The notes beneath the pieces are model-generated. The model was given only the letters and a program-made list of their open reading frames with translations, ran no database searches and had not been told where the DNA came from. Made by a program: the position numbers and the translations under genes. Shown piece by piece: positions 63,460 through 64,000 of a stretch of DNA of 64,000 bases (position 1 is its first letter; each line of letters starts with the position of its first letter). The DNA is from Klebsormidium nitens (Eukaryota > Plantae > Klebsormidiophyceae), in contig DF237443.1 in assembly GCA_000708835.1 (NCBI GenBank), positions 7,196-71,195 of the forward strand, given 5' to 3'.

Positions 63460-64000
63460 GTTGGTATTTGTACAATGATACACCTTGGAAAGAAGGCTTT
63501 GAAGGAGTCGAGCCTCTTGAATCTATCCTTTGACCGCTCAGAGACCACTCATCAGTTAGTACTTGTGCGCTTGAAGCTCTGTTTATCGCTCTCTTTGAGC
63601 GGGTCGTCTATGCGCTTAGCAAAATCGCAAGCTGCACTTGCAGATAATGCTACTCACCGTAGGGCCGCTATTTGGGTTGTTCATGGAGCCGCTGTCACAG
63701 TTTATTAGCATAAGGTGTCTACAAAGATATTTCCTGGACTATTCTTACGAGTTTCCGTTGCCTACCTCTAGTGTACCCCTTGATTGGGGCTTGATTGGGT
63801 CTTGATCTGTGCTACATGTACGTTTTAGCTGGCCGTCAGTGGTGAGAGGTTTGATTTAGGATTGTTGAGCCTACAACTGATGCTTTGTCAACGTTTGAAT
63901 CACAATCTGTTCAAGTACCCATCCTTTTCCGCCTTCTGAAATGTATTGGATTGACTCCTGCACGTCCCTTGATCCATTGAACTTGGATGTGACGGTTGGA

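Noticed and set aside
47500-64000. Endogenous giant virus or virophage origin for the right-hand region
   Set aside because: No capsid, PolB, packaging ATPase or other viral hallmark; intron-dense single-strand gene structure.

Overview
Eukaryotic nuclear DNA with spliceosomal introns, most likely from a streptophyte green alga (inferred from a land-plant-type CHASE histidine kinase, BSD2, BPG2 and a plant-type MCRS1). All gene models were built by hand from GT/GC-AG boundaries and reading-frame continuity; protein families were recognised from remembered motifs, not database searches. Three zones. (1) 1-15.6 kb: decayed transposons and N-gaps, including two Ty1/Copia elements, a LINE 3' fragment and other remnants. 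(2) 15.8-46.7 kb: seven host genes - BPG2/YqeH GTPase (-), DHRS12-like SDR (+), an 18-exon CHASE-domain hybrid histidine kinase with one in-frame TAA (-), BSD2 (+, missed by the ORF track), MCRS1-like FHA protein (-), TFIIS (+) and a small mL80-like protein (-). (3) 47.5-64 kb: the most interesting part. About 25 plus-strand exons chain in splice phase into what may be one ~1,800-codon gene: a divergent JmjC domain with an intact HxE...H triad, a linker built from duplicated phase-2 exons, an OTU deubiquitinase, a TPR-like region and a PHGN-type domain of the kind found at the N-terminus of Mutator-like transposases. Its non-coding parts carry a recurring RGATCAAGG(C/G) motif, including a 44-bp tandem array. 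This suggests a large DNA transposon carrying chromatin-eraser domains. Three junctions are unresolved and no DDE catalytic domain is visible in the window.
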